Assembly (NCBI GenBank): GCA_034666805.1
Contig: JAXDLD010000475.1
Location: 1 to 38,374, forward strand
DNA from: Acidobacteriota bacterium
GTDB lineage: Bacteria; Acidobacteriota; Thermoanaerobaculia; Multivoradales; UBA5704
Reading direction: 5' to 3'
DNA: 38,374 bases
In this document: positions 16,093 to 23,975 of the stretch, one piece after another
Layout of the letters: every line of letters starts with the position of its first letter
Position numbering within the stretch: position 1 is the stretch's first letter
Made by a program: the position numbers and the translations under genes
The notes under the pieces: model-generated
What the model was told of the DNA's origin: nothing
What the model saw: the letters and a program-made list of their open reading frames with translations, nothing else
Database searches by the model: none

Positions 16093-17190
16093 TCACTTTG
16101 CCAACATGCGGGCGAGCTCGCGAGCCTCCGGGTTGGTGGCGTCGAGCGTGAGAGCCCGCTCCAGGTGGTGCCGGGCCTTGTCCATTTCACCCAGCGCCAA
16201 GTATACCTTGACGAACCCCACGTGGACTTCGGGGATCTCGCTGTCCTGCTTGAAGGCCCGCGTCATGTATTCGAGGGCCTTCTGGTGGTCGCCGCGGGAG
16301 AGGGCCAGGTCCCCCTCGTAGACGAAGAAGTAGGGATTGGTCGTCTTCGACCCCTCGATCTTCTCGAGGATGGTGGCGGCCTCGCCCTGCCTGCCCAGCT
16401 GCTGGTAGGCGCGGGCGAGGTTGGTCAGGATGAGCTCGTCGTTGGGGTCGATGGCGAGGCCCCGCTGGTAGACCTCGAGGGCGCGGTCGGTCTGCCCCCG
16501 GCGGGCGTAGCACACCCCCAGGTTGTTCAGGGCCTTGGGGAACTCGGGGGCGATCCCGACGGCGACCTCGATCAGCTGCTGGGCCTTCTCGGCGTCGCCG
16601 GCGAGCAGGGCCTCGGCCCCCAGGTTGTTGTAGAAGTGGGCCGCGGCCGTGCGGTCGTCGATCGGCCTGAAGCTCTTGTAGGCCTTGGGCTTGAAGGGCA
16701 GGAAGTCGAACGTCGCGAGCTGGCCGTTGACGTAGACGCCGGCGACGATGTGCCCCTGGCTGATGACCAGGCCGCCGCGCCGGTTCCACTTCTGGAGGTC
16801 GGTGACCTCGACGTAGAACGGGTTCAACCCCTCCGCCCGCGCGATCCCCACGAACAGGTTGACGAAGGAGAGGCAGTTGCCCTCGCGGTCGCGGTAGGTC
16901 TCGACGGCGTTGCGGGTCGGCAGCAGGGAGTACTGGAGGCCGAGCCGGTTGAAGATGTAGTCGCGGACGGTGACGAGGCGCGTCATGTCGGCGGCGCCGG
17001 CGCCGAACTTCTTCGGCAGCTTGGCGCGGATCTCGTCGTTCAGATCGTAGGGGATGGCGATCTTCGCGGCGCGGTCGGCCCCCACCCGCCGCGCAAACTC
17101 GGCCCGGAGATGCCCCACCGAGTCGAAGGGCTGATACTCGGCACAGCCGAGGAACAGGAGAAGGAGAAGAGGCTGGAACCGACGCCACAT
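16093..17190 (-). CDS. lipoprotein with transglutaminase-like cysteine-protease core and C-terminal TPR repeats
   Basis: Internal Met MWRRFQPLLLLLFLGC (lipobox). Cys-His-Asp arrangement EGNCLSFVNLF...SQGHIVAG...ATFDF. The C-terminal half shows TPR periodicity (ALNNLGVCYARRGQTDRALEVYQRGLAIDPND...). Confidence 0.75.
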   Translation of the reverse strand: MWRRFQPLLLLLFLGCAEYQPFDSVGHLRAEFARRVGADRAAKIAIPYDLNDEIRAKLPKKFGAGAADMTRLVTVRDYIFNRLGLQYSLLPTRNAVETYRDREGNCLSFVNLFVGIARAEGLNPFYVEVTDLQKWNRRGGLVISQGHIVAGVYVNGQLATFDFLPFKPKAYKSFRPIDDRTAAAHFYNNLGAEALLAGDAEKAQQLIEVAVGIAPEFPKALNNLGVCYARRGQTDRALEVYQRGLAIDPNDELILTNLARAYQQLGRQGEAATILEKIEGSKTTNPYFFVYEGDLALSRGDHQKALEYMTRAFKQDSEIPEVHVGFVKVYLALGEMDKARHHLERALTLDATNPEARELARMLAK

Positions 17191-17378
17191 GGCAACCAGG
17201 ATACCAGGGAACGGCAGCACCCGGGCACGATCCAAAACTTTGGAGACAGCCTCCAATCCCCTGGATCGGGAGCCCGAAAAACAGCCCTCGGTTCATCCCT
17301 GAACAAACCAACAACCCTAGTATTTACAGTAAGTTACGCCGATCTCGAAGATAAATCTGCGAGTGGCACCCCCCTTGC

Positions 17379-17406
17379 TTGACCGGCCTTTGGCATGTTC
17401 TATACA
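17379..17406 (+). promoter_or_regulatory. sigma70-like promoter candidate for the TonB-dependent receptor gene
   Basis: TTGACC, 16-nt spacer, TATACA read directly from the sequence, in the locally AT-richer divergent intergenic region. Confidence 0.35.
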
Positions 17407-17505
17407 CTCGCAAGCCATTCTGAAGCTACTCCATTGTCACCCGATGGAAAGGAGGTGTTGCCCACGACCCTGATATGCAGTCCTACACCGTCTACTGTTC
17501 ATTCT

Positions 17506-17528
17506 GAGCCTTCGCCGAACGAAGGCTC
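17506..17528 (+). promoter_or_regulatory. 5'-UTR hairpin (9-bp perfect stem, 5-nt loop) about 35 nt upstream of the receptor start codon
   Basis: GAGCCTTCG-CCGAA-CGAAGGCTC. The stop codon of a 10-codon uORF (17475..17507, MQSYTVYCSF) overlaps the left arm. Confidence 0.4.
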
Positions 17529-17561
17529 ATCCAAACAACTGAAAGAGGGAGGTTCATCCGT

Positions 17562-20500
17562 ATGAAAAGCAGCAAGTTTTGGGGACGCGCCGTAGTGGTG
17601 GCCGCGTTGCTGCTCCTGGTTGGAGGCGGTGCCGCCTTCGCCCAGTTGCAGAGCGGCAACCTGTACGGTTCCGTCGTCGACGACAAGGGCGCCGCCCTCC
17701 CCGGGGTCACCGTGACTCTGACCGGCGGAGGCGCCCCGCAGGTGCAGGTCACCAACGCCCAGGGGCAGTTCCGTTTCCTCGGCCTGCCGCCGGGCACCAA
17801 TCACCTGAGCGCCCAGCTCGAGGGCTTCTCGAGCGTCGAGTACCCGAACATCAGCATCGCCGTTGGCCGCAACACGACGATCGAGGTCACCTTGCAGCCG
17901 GCCATCGAGGAGACCATCACGGTCACCACCGAGAGCCCGCTGCTCGACGAGCGCAAGATCTCCACCGGCGCCACGGTCACCCAGACCGAGCTCGAGAAGA
18001 TCCCCACCGCGCGTGACCCCTGGACCATCCTCCAGCAGGTGCCTGGCGTGCTCACCGACCGTATCAACGTCGGTGGCGACCAGAGCGGTCAGCAGTCCAC
18101 CTATGTCGGCCCCGGCTCCGCCGGCACCCAGTCCATCTGGGCGGTCGACGGCGTCGTCATCACCGACATGGGCGCGCTCGGCGGCTCCCCGACCTACTAC
18201 GACTTCGACGCGTTCGAAGAGATGCAGGTCACGACGGGCGGCACCGACGCGACGATCGCCACCGGCGGCGTCGTCCTCAACATGGTGACCAAGCGCGGCA
18301 CCAACGAGTGGCGGGGCTCCGGCCGTTACTACGACACCAAGGACGCCTGGCAGGGCAACACCTCTTTCGACAAGAGCAAGCTCGGCAAGGCGGGTGTCTT
18401 CCAGGGCGGTTCCGACAACAACCCGGCCGATCCGGTCTGCGCCACGGGGGTCCCGAAGCCCTGCTTCAACCCCACCAAGGCATCGTCGGCCCAGCCGGCG
18501 TTCGCCCGTGGCAACCGTATCGTCGAGGTCACCGACTACGGCGCCGAGCTCGGCGGCCCGATCGTCAAGGACCGGCTGTGGATCTGGGGTGCCTGGGGCA
18601 GCCAGAAGCCCAGCCTCCTGACCGCGCCGGCCACCGGTTTCCCGAATGGCGTCAGCGACAAGACCAAGCTGGCGACCACCAACGCCAAGTTGAACGCGCA
18701 GATCACGGCCAACAACTCGGCGACCGGTTTCTACCTGTTGGGCAACAAGACCAAGTTCGGACGTGGCGCGGGCCCGACCCGGCCGCAGCCGACCACTTGG
18801 GACCAGACCGGTCCGACGCACGTCTACAAGGCTGAGGACACGCAGATCTTCAGCTCGAGCTTCTTCCTGACCGGCCTCGTTTCCTACAGCCGCAACGGCT
18901 TCACCCTGAAGCCCGAGGGCGGGCTGGACGTCACTCCGACGCTCGACCCGACCTTCACCTGGCACAACAGCCTCTTCCTCTACACCACCGACCGCCCGAC
19001 CCACCAGTACAAGCTCGACGGCTCGAACTTCTTCAACACCGGGAACGTCAGCCACGAGCTCAAGTACGGCGCGGGCTACCGCAAGGCTTCCGTCGTCTCG
19101 CTGACCCGCTGGGCCGGTCTCGGCTATCAGCAGGACTACTACGTCAACTACGGTTACCTCCCCGAGCTGGCCGCTTCCCGTGACGGCGGTCCGTCCTACA
19201 CGGTCAAGTACAAGACCGGCTACGCTCAGGACACCCTGACCGCCGGCAACCTCACGGCCAACATCGGCCTGCGGTACGACGACCAGGGCGGCACCAACGA
19301 TCCGGCCTTCCGGCGCGCCAACCCGGCGTTCCCCAACCTCCTCCCGGCCGTCAACTACAAGGGCGGCGACATCGGTTTCGACTGGAAGACTCTCGCCCCG
19401 CGCCTGGGCCTCACCTACGCCTTGGGTGCCGAGCGGAAGACCCTCCTGCGGGCCAGCTACTCCCGTTTCGCCGACCAGCTGGGCGGCGGTAACGCGAACT
19501 GGCTGAACCCGCTCTATCCGCAGGCTTACGTCTACTTCGACTATGTCGACGCCAACAAGAACGGCATCGCCGATTTGAACGAGCTGCGGCCCTGCACGGG
19601 TCATGCGGACTGCTTCAACAAGTCGTACAACCCGCTCGACCCCAGCACGCCGCTGCAGTCGAACGCGGTCGACCCCAACCTCAAGCCGCAGATCACGGAC
19701 GAGATCCTGCTCTCCGGCGAGCACGCCCTCCTGCCCGAGTTCGTCGTCGGCATCAACCTGACCTTCCGTCGCATCTCGGACGTCATCCAGGCGGAAGACC
19801 TGGTGTTCGACGGCGGCGATCCGTTCGCGGGTGCCAACGCGGCCTTCGTCGGCCGCCGCGCGACCCCGGCCGACTACGTCTTGAACCACCTGTCGGGCAC
19901 TCTGCCGAACGGCCAGAAGTACAACGTGCTGTTCTACGAGCTCAAGCCCGGAATCAACAGCCGTACCGGTGGTTTCCTCCACAACACCAGCCTCCGGCAG
20001 GACTACCGGGGAGCGACGTTCAACTTCAACAAGCGTCTCTCCAACCGGTGGATGCTGCGCGGCAACTTCAACGTCCAGAAGTGGACCTGGGACGTGCCCA
20101 AGAACGGGCTCGTCGACCCGACCGACTACCTGCCGGGCATCAAGGACGGCGAGCCGGTTCTCCAGGGCTCCTCGACCGGCGCCGGTTCGCGTGGCGCCGT
20201 CTACATCAACAGCAACTGGTCCTACAACGTCAACGGGCTGTACCAGATCGCGCCCGACCGTCCGTGGGGCTTCAACGTGGCGGCGAACCTCTCGGGGCAC
20301 CAGGGCTACCCGATTCCGTACTTCGTGCGGACGACCCGGGCGGGCTTCTCGACCCCGTCGTACATCATCGCCTCGCCGCACTCCGACACCTTCCGCAACG
20401 AGGACATCCATCTGATCGATGGCCGCGTCGAGAAGGAGCTCAACTTCAAGGACTTCGGTCTCACGTTGGGCGTCGACTGCTTCAACCTGCTCAACAACGG

Positions 20501-20609
20501 CAGCGTCATTCAGCGCCAGCACCGGCTGAACATCAAGAACACGGATTACGTCCAGGAGATCGTCAGTCCCCGGATCTTCCGTGTCGGCGCCCGCTTCAGC
20601 TTCCGCTAA
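17562..20609 (+). CDS. TonB-dependent outer-membrane receptor with N-terminal carboxypeptidase-regulatory-like domain
   Basis: GAGGGAGG SD and a signal peptide. CarboxypepD_reg-like GNLYGSVVDDKGAALPGVTVTLTG...NAQGQFRF. Plug region ETITVTTESPLLD...IPTARDPWTILQQVPGV...VDGVVITD. Long Tyr/Gly/Asn-rich beta-barrel ending ...RVGARFSFR. Confidence 0.85.
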   Translation: MKSSKFWGRAVVVAALLLLVGGGAAFAQLQSGNLYGSVVDDKGAALPGVTVTLTGGGAPQVQVTNAQGQFRFLGLPPGTNHLSAQLEGFSSVEYPNISIAVGRNTTIEVTLQPAIEETITVTTESPLLDERKISTGATVTQTELEKIPTARDPWTILQQVPGVLTDRINVGGDQSGQQSTYVGPGSAGTQSIWAVDGVVITDMGALGGSPTYYDFDAFEEMQVTTGGTDATIATGGVVLNMVTKRGTNEWRGSGRYYDTKDAWQGNTSFDKSKLGKAGVFQGGSDNNPADPVCATGVPKPCFNPTKASSAQPAFARGNRIVEVTDYGAELGGPIVKDRLWIWGAWGSQKPSLLTAPATGFPNGVSDKTKLATTNAKLNAQITANNSATGFYLLGNKTKFGRGAGPTRPQPTTWDQTGPTHVYKAEDTQIFSSSFFLTGLVSYSRNGFTLKPEGGLDVTPTLDPTFTWHNSLFLYTTDRPTHQYKLDGSNFFNTGNVSHELKYGAGYRKASVVSLTRWAGLGYQQDYYVNYGYLPELAASRDGGPSYTVKYKTGYAQDTLTAGNLTANIGLRYDDQGGTNDPAFRRANPAFPNLLPAVNYKGGDIGFDWKTLAPRLGLTYALGAERKTLLRASYSRFADQLGGGNANWLNPLYPQAYVYFDYVDANKNGIADLNELRPCTGHADCFNKSYNPLDPSTPLQSNAVDPNLKPQITDEILLSGEHALLPEFVVGINLTFRRISDVIQAEDLVFDGGDPFAGANAAFVGRRATPADYVLNHLSGTLPNGQKYNVLFYELKPGINSRTGGFLHNTSLRQDYRGATFNFNKRLSNRWMLRGNFNVQKWTWDVPKNGLVDPTDYLPGIKDGEPVLQGSSTGAGSRGAVYINSNWSYNVNGLYQIAPDRPWGFNVAANLSGHQGYPIPYFVRTTRAGFSTPSYIIASPHSDTFRNEDIHLIDGRVEKELNFKDFGLTLGVDCFNLLNNGSVIQRQHRLNIKNTDYVQEIVSPRIFRVGARFSFR

Positions 20610-20633
20610 GCTTCAAGTCTGTTAGGTTGAATT

Positions 20634-20664
20634 CCGCCGGGGGAGACCCCGGCGGTTTTTTTTT
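20634..20664 (+). terminator. Rho-independent terminator after the receptor gene
   Basis: CCGCCGGGG-GAGA-CCCCGGCGG followed by a run of nine T, 25 nt after the TAA stop. Confidence 0.85.
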
Positions 20665-20806
20665 GCCCTCCGAAAAGGGGTAAACTCCTCCCGCGCCGTC
20701 CAGGCGCTGGTAAGGGAATCCCAGAGTACGAAGTCCGGTTGAAACGTCACGGAGCGCCCATCCTCCAGGATAGGGCGGTCTCTGCTCTAACCGAAGGAGA
20801 CTCACG

Positions 20807-21787
20807 ATGAAGATCCTGAAGAGAAATGCCGCCCTGGCAGCCGTTCTGCTCCTCGCCGGCCTCCCCGCCTTCGCGCAGTCGTGGGCGGGACACGGGCGGC
20901 TCCAGGGGATCGTCACCGATTCGCAGGGCAAGCCGGTCGAGGGCGCCAAGATCACCCTCCTCCAGGGCGAGGGCGAGCAGGCGAAGGGCCCCAAGCCGAT
21001 CGCGACCGACAAGGCGGGCAAGTGGGCCATGCTGGGCTTGGGCGGCGGCCAGTGGCGCATCCTGATCGACAAGGACGGCTTCGTCCCCTCGGAGGGCCGG
21101 ACCAGCGTCGTCGAGGGGGGCGTCGGGGTGCCGCAGCCGATCCGGGTATCGTTGAAGGAGCTCTCCAAGGAGCAGGCCCAGGCCGCCCAGGCCCAGGCGC
21201 AGGCGAAGGCCGGCCCGTCGGGCAATGAGATCAAAGGCTGGATCGAAGAGGGCAACAATCTGCTCAAGGAGCAGAAGTATGCCGACGCGAGGGCCCAGTA
21301 CCAGAAGGCGCTCGCCCAGCTCGACAAGGCCAACCAGGCACCGGTCCTGCGCGGCGTGGCGGTCACCTACTACGTGGAGAAGAACGTCGCGCAGGCGGTG
21401 GACACCTTGAAGCAGGCGCTGGTCTTGACCCCGGACGACCCGCAGTCGGTACAGCTCCTCGTCAACTGGCTGGTCGAGGCCGGGCGGGAGGAGGAGGCCA
21501 AGACCTACATGGCGAAGCTCCCGCAGGGGGCGACCGTCGATCCCAACACCATCCTGAACCTCGGGATCAAGGCCTACAACGAGAAGAAGCTGGACGAGGC
21601 GGCGAAGGACTTCGACCGGGTGGTCGCCGAGCATCCGGAGCTGCCGGACGCCTACTACTACCGCGGCCTGGTCTATCTCGCCAAGAACAAGCCGGCCCAG
21701 GCCAAGGCGGACTTCCAGAAGCTCCTGGAGCTCGCGCCGAACCACGCCAAAGCGGCGGAGGTCAAGGAGTACATCAAATCGCTGTAG
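20807..21787 (+). CDS. exported carboxypeptidase-regulatory-like domain + TPR repeat protein
   Basis: AAGGAG SD; signal peptide ...LLLAGLPAFAQS. GRLQGIVTDSQGKPVEGAKITLL...DKAGKWAMLGL..GQWRILIDKDGF. C-terminal TPRs (AYYYRGLVYLAKNKPAQAKADFQKLLELAPNH). Confidence 0.75.
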   Translation: MKILKRNAALAAVLLLAGLPAFAQSWAGHGRLQGIVTDSQGKPVEGAKITLLQGEGEQAKGPKPIATDKAGKWAMLGLGGGQWRILIDKDGFVPSEGRTSVVEGGVGVPQPIRVSLKELSKEQAQAAQAQAQAKAGPSGNEIKGWIEEGNNLLKEQKYADARAQYQKALAQLDKANQAPVLRGVAVTYYVEKNVAQAVDTLKQALVLTPDDPQSVQLLVNWLVEAGREEEAKTYMAKLPQGATVDPNTILNLGIKAYNEKKLDEAAKDFDRVVAEHPELPDAYYYRGLVYLAKNKPAQAKADFQKLLELAPNHAKAAEVKEYIKSL

Positions 21788-21789
21788 CC

Positions 21790-23973
21790 GTGGAGCTTCC
21801 CGCCGTGCGGCGCCCCCCCTACCTCCAGGCGGCCCTGGCCGCTCTCCTGATCCTCGGCGCGGGGGGCGCCGCCTGGTGGGCCCGAGGAGGGCCGGCGGCA
21901 TCGGCCCATCTCGCCGGAGCGGCCATCCCCGCCAAGGCGGGGCCGGCCCACCCCGGCCCCTTCCTCCAGGGGGCGGACGTCCTCCTCGTCACCATCGACA
22001 CTCTCCGCGCCGACAGCCTGGGATTCGCCGGCAACCGCCAGGTGGAGACGCCGGTCCTGGACCGCCTCGCCACCGCCGGCCGGGTGTTCACCGACGCCCA
22101 TGCCCACAACGTCATCACCCTCCCCTCGCACACCAACATCCTGACCGGCCTCTACCCGTTCCAGCACGGGGTGCGGGAGAACAGCGGCTTCACCCTCTCC
22201 CCCGCCGTGCCGACCCTGGCGACGATGCTCCACAAGGCGGGCTACGCCACCGGGGCCTTCGTCGGCGCCTATCCGCTGGATGCCCACTACGGCCTGAACC
22301 AGGGCTTCGACGTCTACGACGATCGTTTCCCGCGCGGCAGCAACCCGGACGAGTTCACCATCGCCGAGCGCCGGGGCAACGCCGTGGTGGCACCGGCCCT
22401 CGCCTGGTGGAACGCCCACCGCGGCCGCCGCCGCTTCCTCTGGGTCCACCTCTATGACCCCCACGCCGCCTACGAGCCGCCGGAGCCCTTCGCCAGCCGC
22501 TACCGCGACCGGCTCTACCTGGGCGAGATCGCCGCCGTGGACTCCTTCCTCTCCCCCCTCCTGACCCCGCTCCTCGATCACAAGGAGCCGCCGGCCCTGG
22601 TCATCATGACCGGCGACCATGGCGAGGCTTTAAGCGAGCACGGCGAGCTCTCCCACGGCCTCTTCGCCTACGAGGGGACGCTCAAGATCCCCCTGGTCGT
22701 CTGGGGGCCGGGGATCGAGCCGGGCCGGGACACCCGCGCCGCCCGCCATGTCGACATCGCGCCGACGATCTTGACCGCCCTGGGGGTCGCGCCGCCCGGG
22801 CGGCTCCCCGGCCGCTCTCTCCTCCTGCCGGCGACGCGGGAGGACTCCTACTTCGAGGCCCTGACGACGGCGCTCAACCGCGGCTGGGCGCCGCTCCGCG
22901 GGATGCTCCGCGACCGCCATAAGCTCGTCGACCTGCCGCTCCCGGAGCTCTACGACCTGAACGCCGATCCCAAGGAGGCGCACAACCTCTACGACCAGGA
23001 CCGGCCGGCCGCCCGCGCCCTCGCCCAGGCCCTGCCGGCGGAGTCGGTCTGGCCGCCGAAGAAGGGGACGGTGTCGGCCGAGGAGGAGGCCCGCCTGCGG
23101 AGCCTGGGCTACACCAGCGGCAGCGCGTCTGGCGGCAGGAAGACCTATACGGCGGCGGACGATCCCAAGACCCTGATCGCGGTCGACCAGAAGCTCCACG
23201 ACGTCGTCGACGCCTACTCGCGCCACCGCTATGAGCTGGCGGCGCGCCTGGCGCGCGCCTGCATCGCCGCCCGCCCCGACCTCTCGGAGGCCTACGAGCA
23301 CCTCGCCCTGTCTCTGCGCCAGCTCGAACGGCCGGAGGAGGCGATCCAGGCCCTCCGCGACGGGCTCGCCCACGGCGGCGACAAGCATTCCCTCTCCCTC
23401 CAGCTCGGCCTCGCCCTCTCCGAGGCCGGCCGGGCGAAGGAGGCCGTCGCGGTGCTCTCGCCGCTCGCCGCCCATGCCACCGATACCGGCAATACCGGCA
23501 CCGACTCGACCGAAACCCTGAATGCCTTAGGGATCGCACTCTCGGACGCCGGCCAGCATCCGCAGGCCCTGGCGACCCTCGAACGGGCCCGGAAGGCCGA
23601 GCCGGAGAACCCCAAGACCCTGGAGAACCTGGGGATCGTCCTCCTGCGCATGGAACGCCGCGACGCGGCGCGCGACCGCCTGCGCCAGGCGCTCGCCTTG
23701 AACGACCGGCTCCCCATCTCCTGGAACACCCTGGGGGTCGCCCTCTTTAAGGGGGGCGACCGCGCCGGTGCCGTCGCCGCCTGGCAGCGGGCGGTCGACC
23801 TCGATCCGCGGCAGGTGGACGCGCTCTACAACCTCGGCCTGGTGGCGGCGGAGTCCGGGCGCGCCGCCGAGGCGCGGACCGCCCTCGAGCGCTTCCTCCG
23901 CACCGCGCCCCCCGATCGCTGGACCGACGAGATGGCGAAGGCGCGCCAGGTCCTCGCCCACCTCGGGGGCTGA
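21790..23973 (+). CDS. alkaline-phosphatase-superfamily (sulfatase-like) hydrolase/transferase fused to TPR repeats, paralog 1 (membrane-anchored)
   Basis: GTG start 2 nt after the preceding stop. N-terminal TM helix. LLVTIDTLRADS, TLPSHTNILTGLYPFQHGVREN, TGDHGEALSEHGELSHG. TPR-rich C-terminal ~300 aa. Confidence 0.8.
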   Translation: MELPAVRRPPYLQAALAALLILGAGGAAWWARGGPAASAHLAGAAIPAKAGPAHPGPFLQGADVLLVTIDTLRADSLGFAGNRQVETPVLDRLATAGRVFTDAHAHNVITLPSHTNILTGLYPFQHGVRENSGFTLSPAVPTLATMLHKAGYATGAFVGAYPLDAHYGLNQGFDVYDDRFPRGSNPDEFTIAERRGNAVVAPALAWWNAHRGRRRFLWVHLYDPHAAYEPPEPFASRYRDRLYLGEIAAVDSFLSPLLTPLLDHKEPPALVIMTGDHGEALSEHGELSHGLFAYEGTLKIPLVVWGPGIEPGRDTRAARHVDIAPTILTALGVAPPGRLPGRSLLLPATREDSYFEALTTALNRGWAPLRGMLRDRHKLVDLPLPELYDLNADPKEAHNLYDQDRPAARALAQALPAESVWPPKKGTVSAEEEARLRSLGYTSGSASGGRKTYTAADDPKTLIAVDQKLHDVVDAYSRHRYELAARLARACIAARPDLSEAYEHLALSLRQLERPEEAIQALRDGLAHGGDKHSLSLQLGLALSEAGRAKEAVAVLSPLAAHATDTGNTGTDSTETLNALGIALSDAGQHPQALATLERARKAEPENPKTLENLGIVLLRMERRDAARDRLRQALALNDRLPISWNTLGVALFKGGDRAGAVAAWQRAVDLDPRQVDALYNLGLVAAESGRAAEARTALERFLRTAPPDRWTDEMAKARQVLAHLGG

Positions 23974-23975
23974 CG

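Noticed and set aside
13707-17256. Track starts 16190 (VWA paralog 4) and 17256 (transglutaminase-like gene)
   Set aside because: The 16190 start overlaps the upstream gene by ~100 nt with a junk-like N-terminus. The internal Mets at 16028 and 17190 have SD sequences or a lipobox/signal peptide directly downstream.
17499-20522. 1007-aa ORF on the minus strand covering the whole TonB-receptor region
   Set aside because: The translation is Val/Arg/Gly/Asp/Glu-rich with no motifs, typical of an antisense shadow frame in high-GC DNA. The plus-strand frame has a signal peptide, CarboxypepD_reg, plug and barrel features, plus an SD and a terminator.
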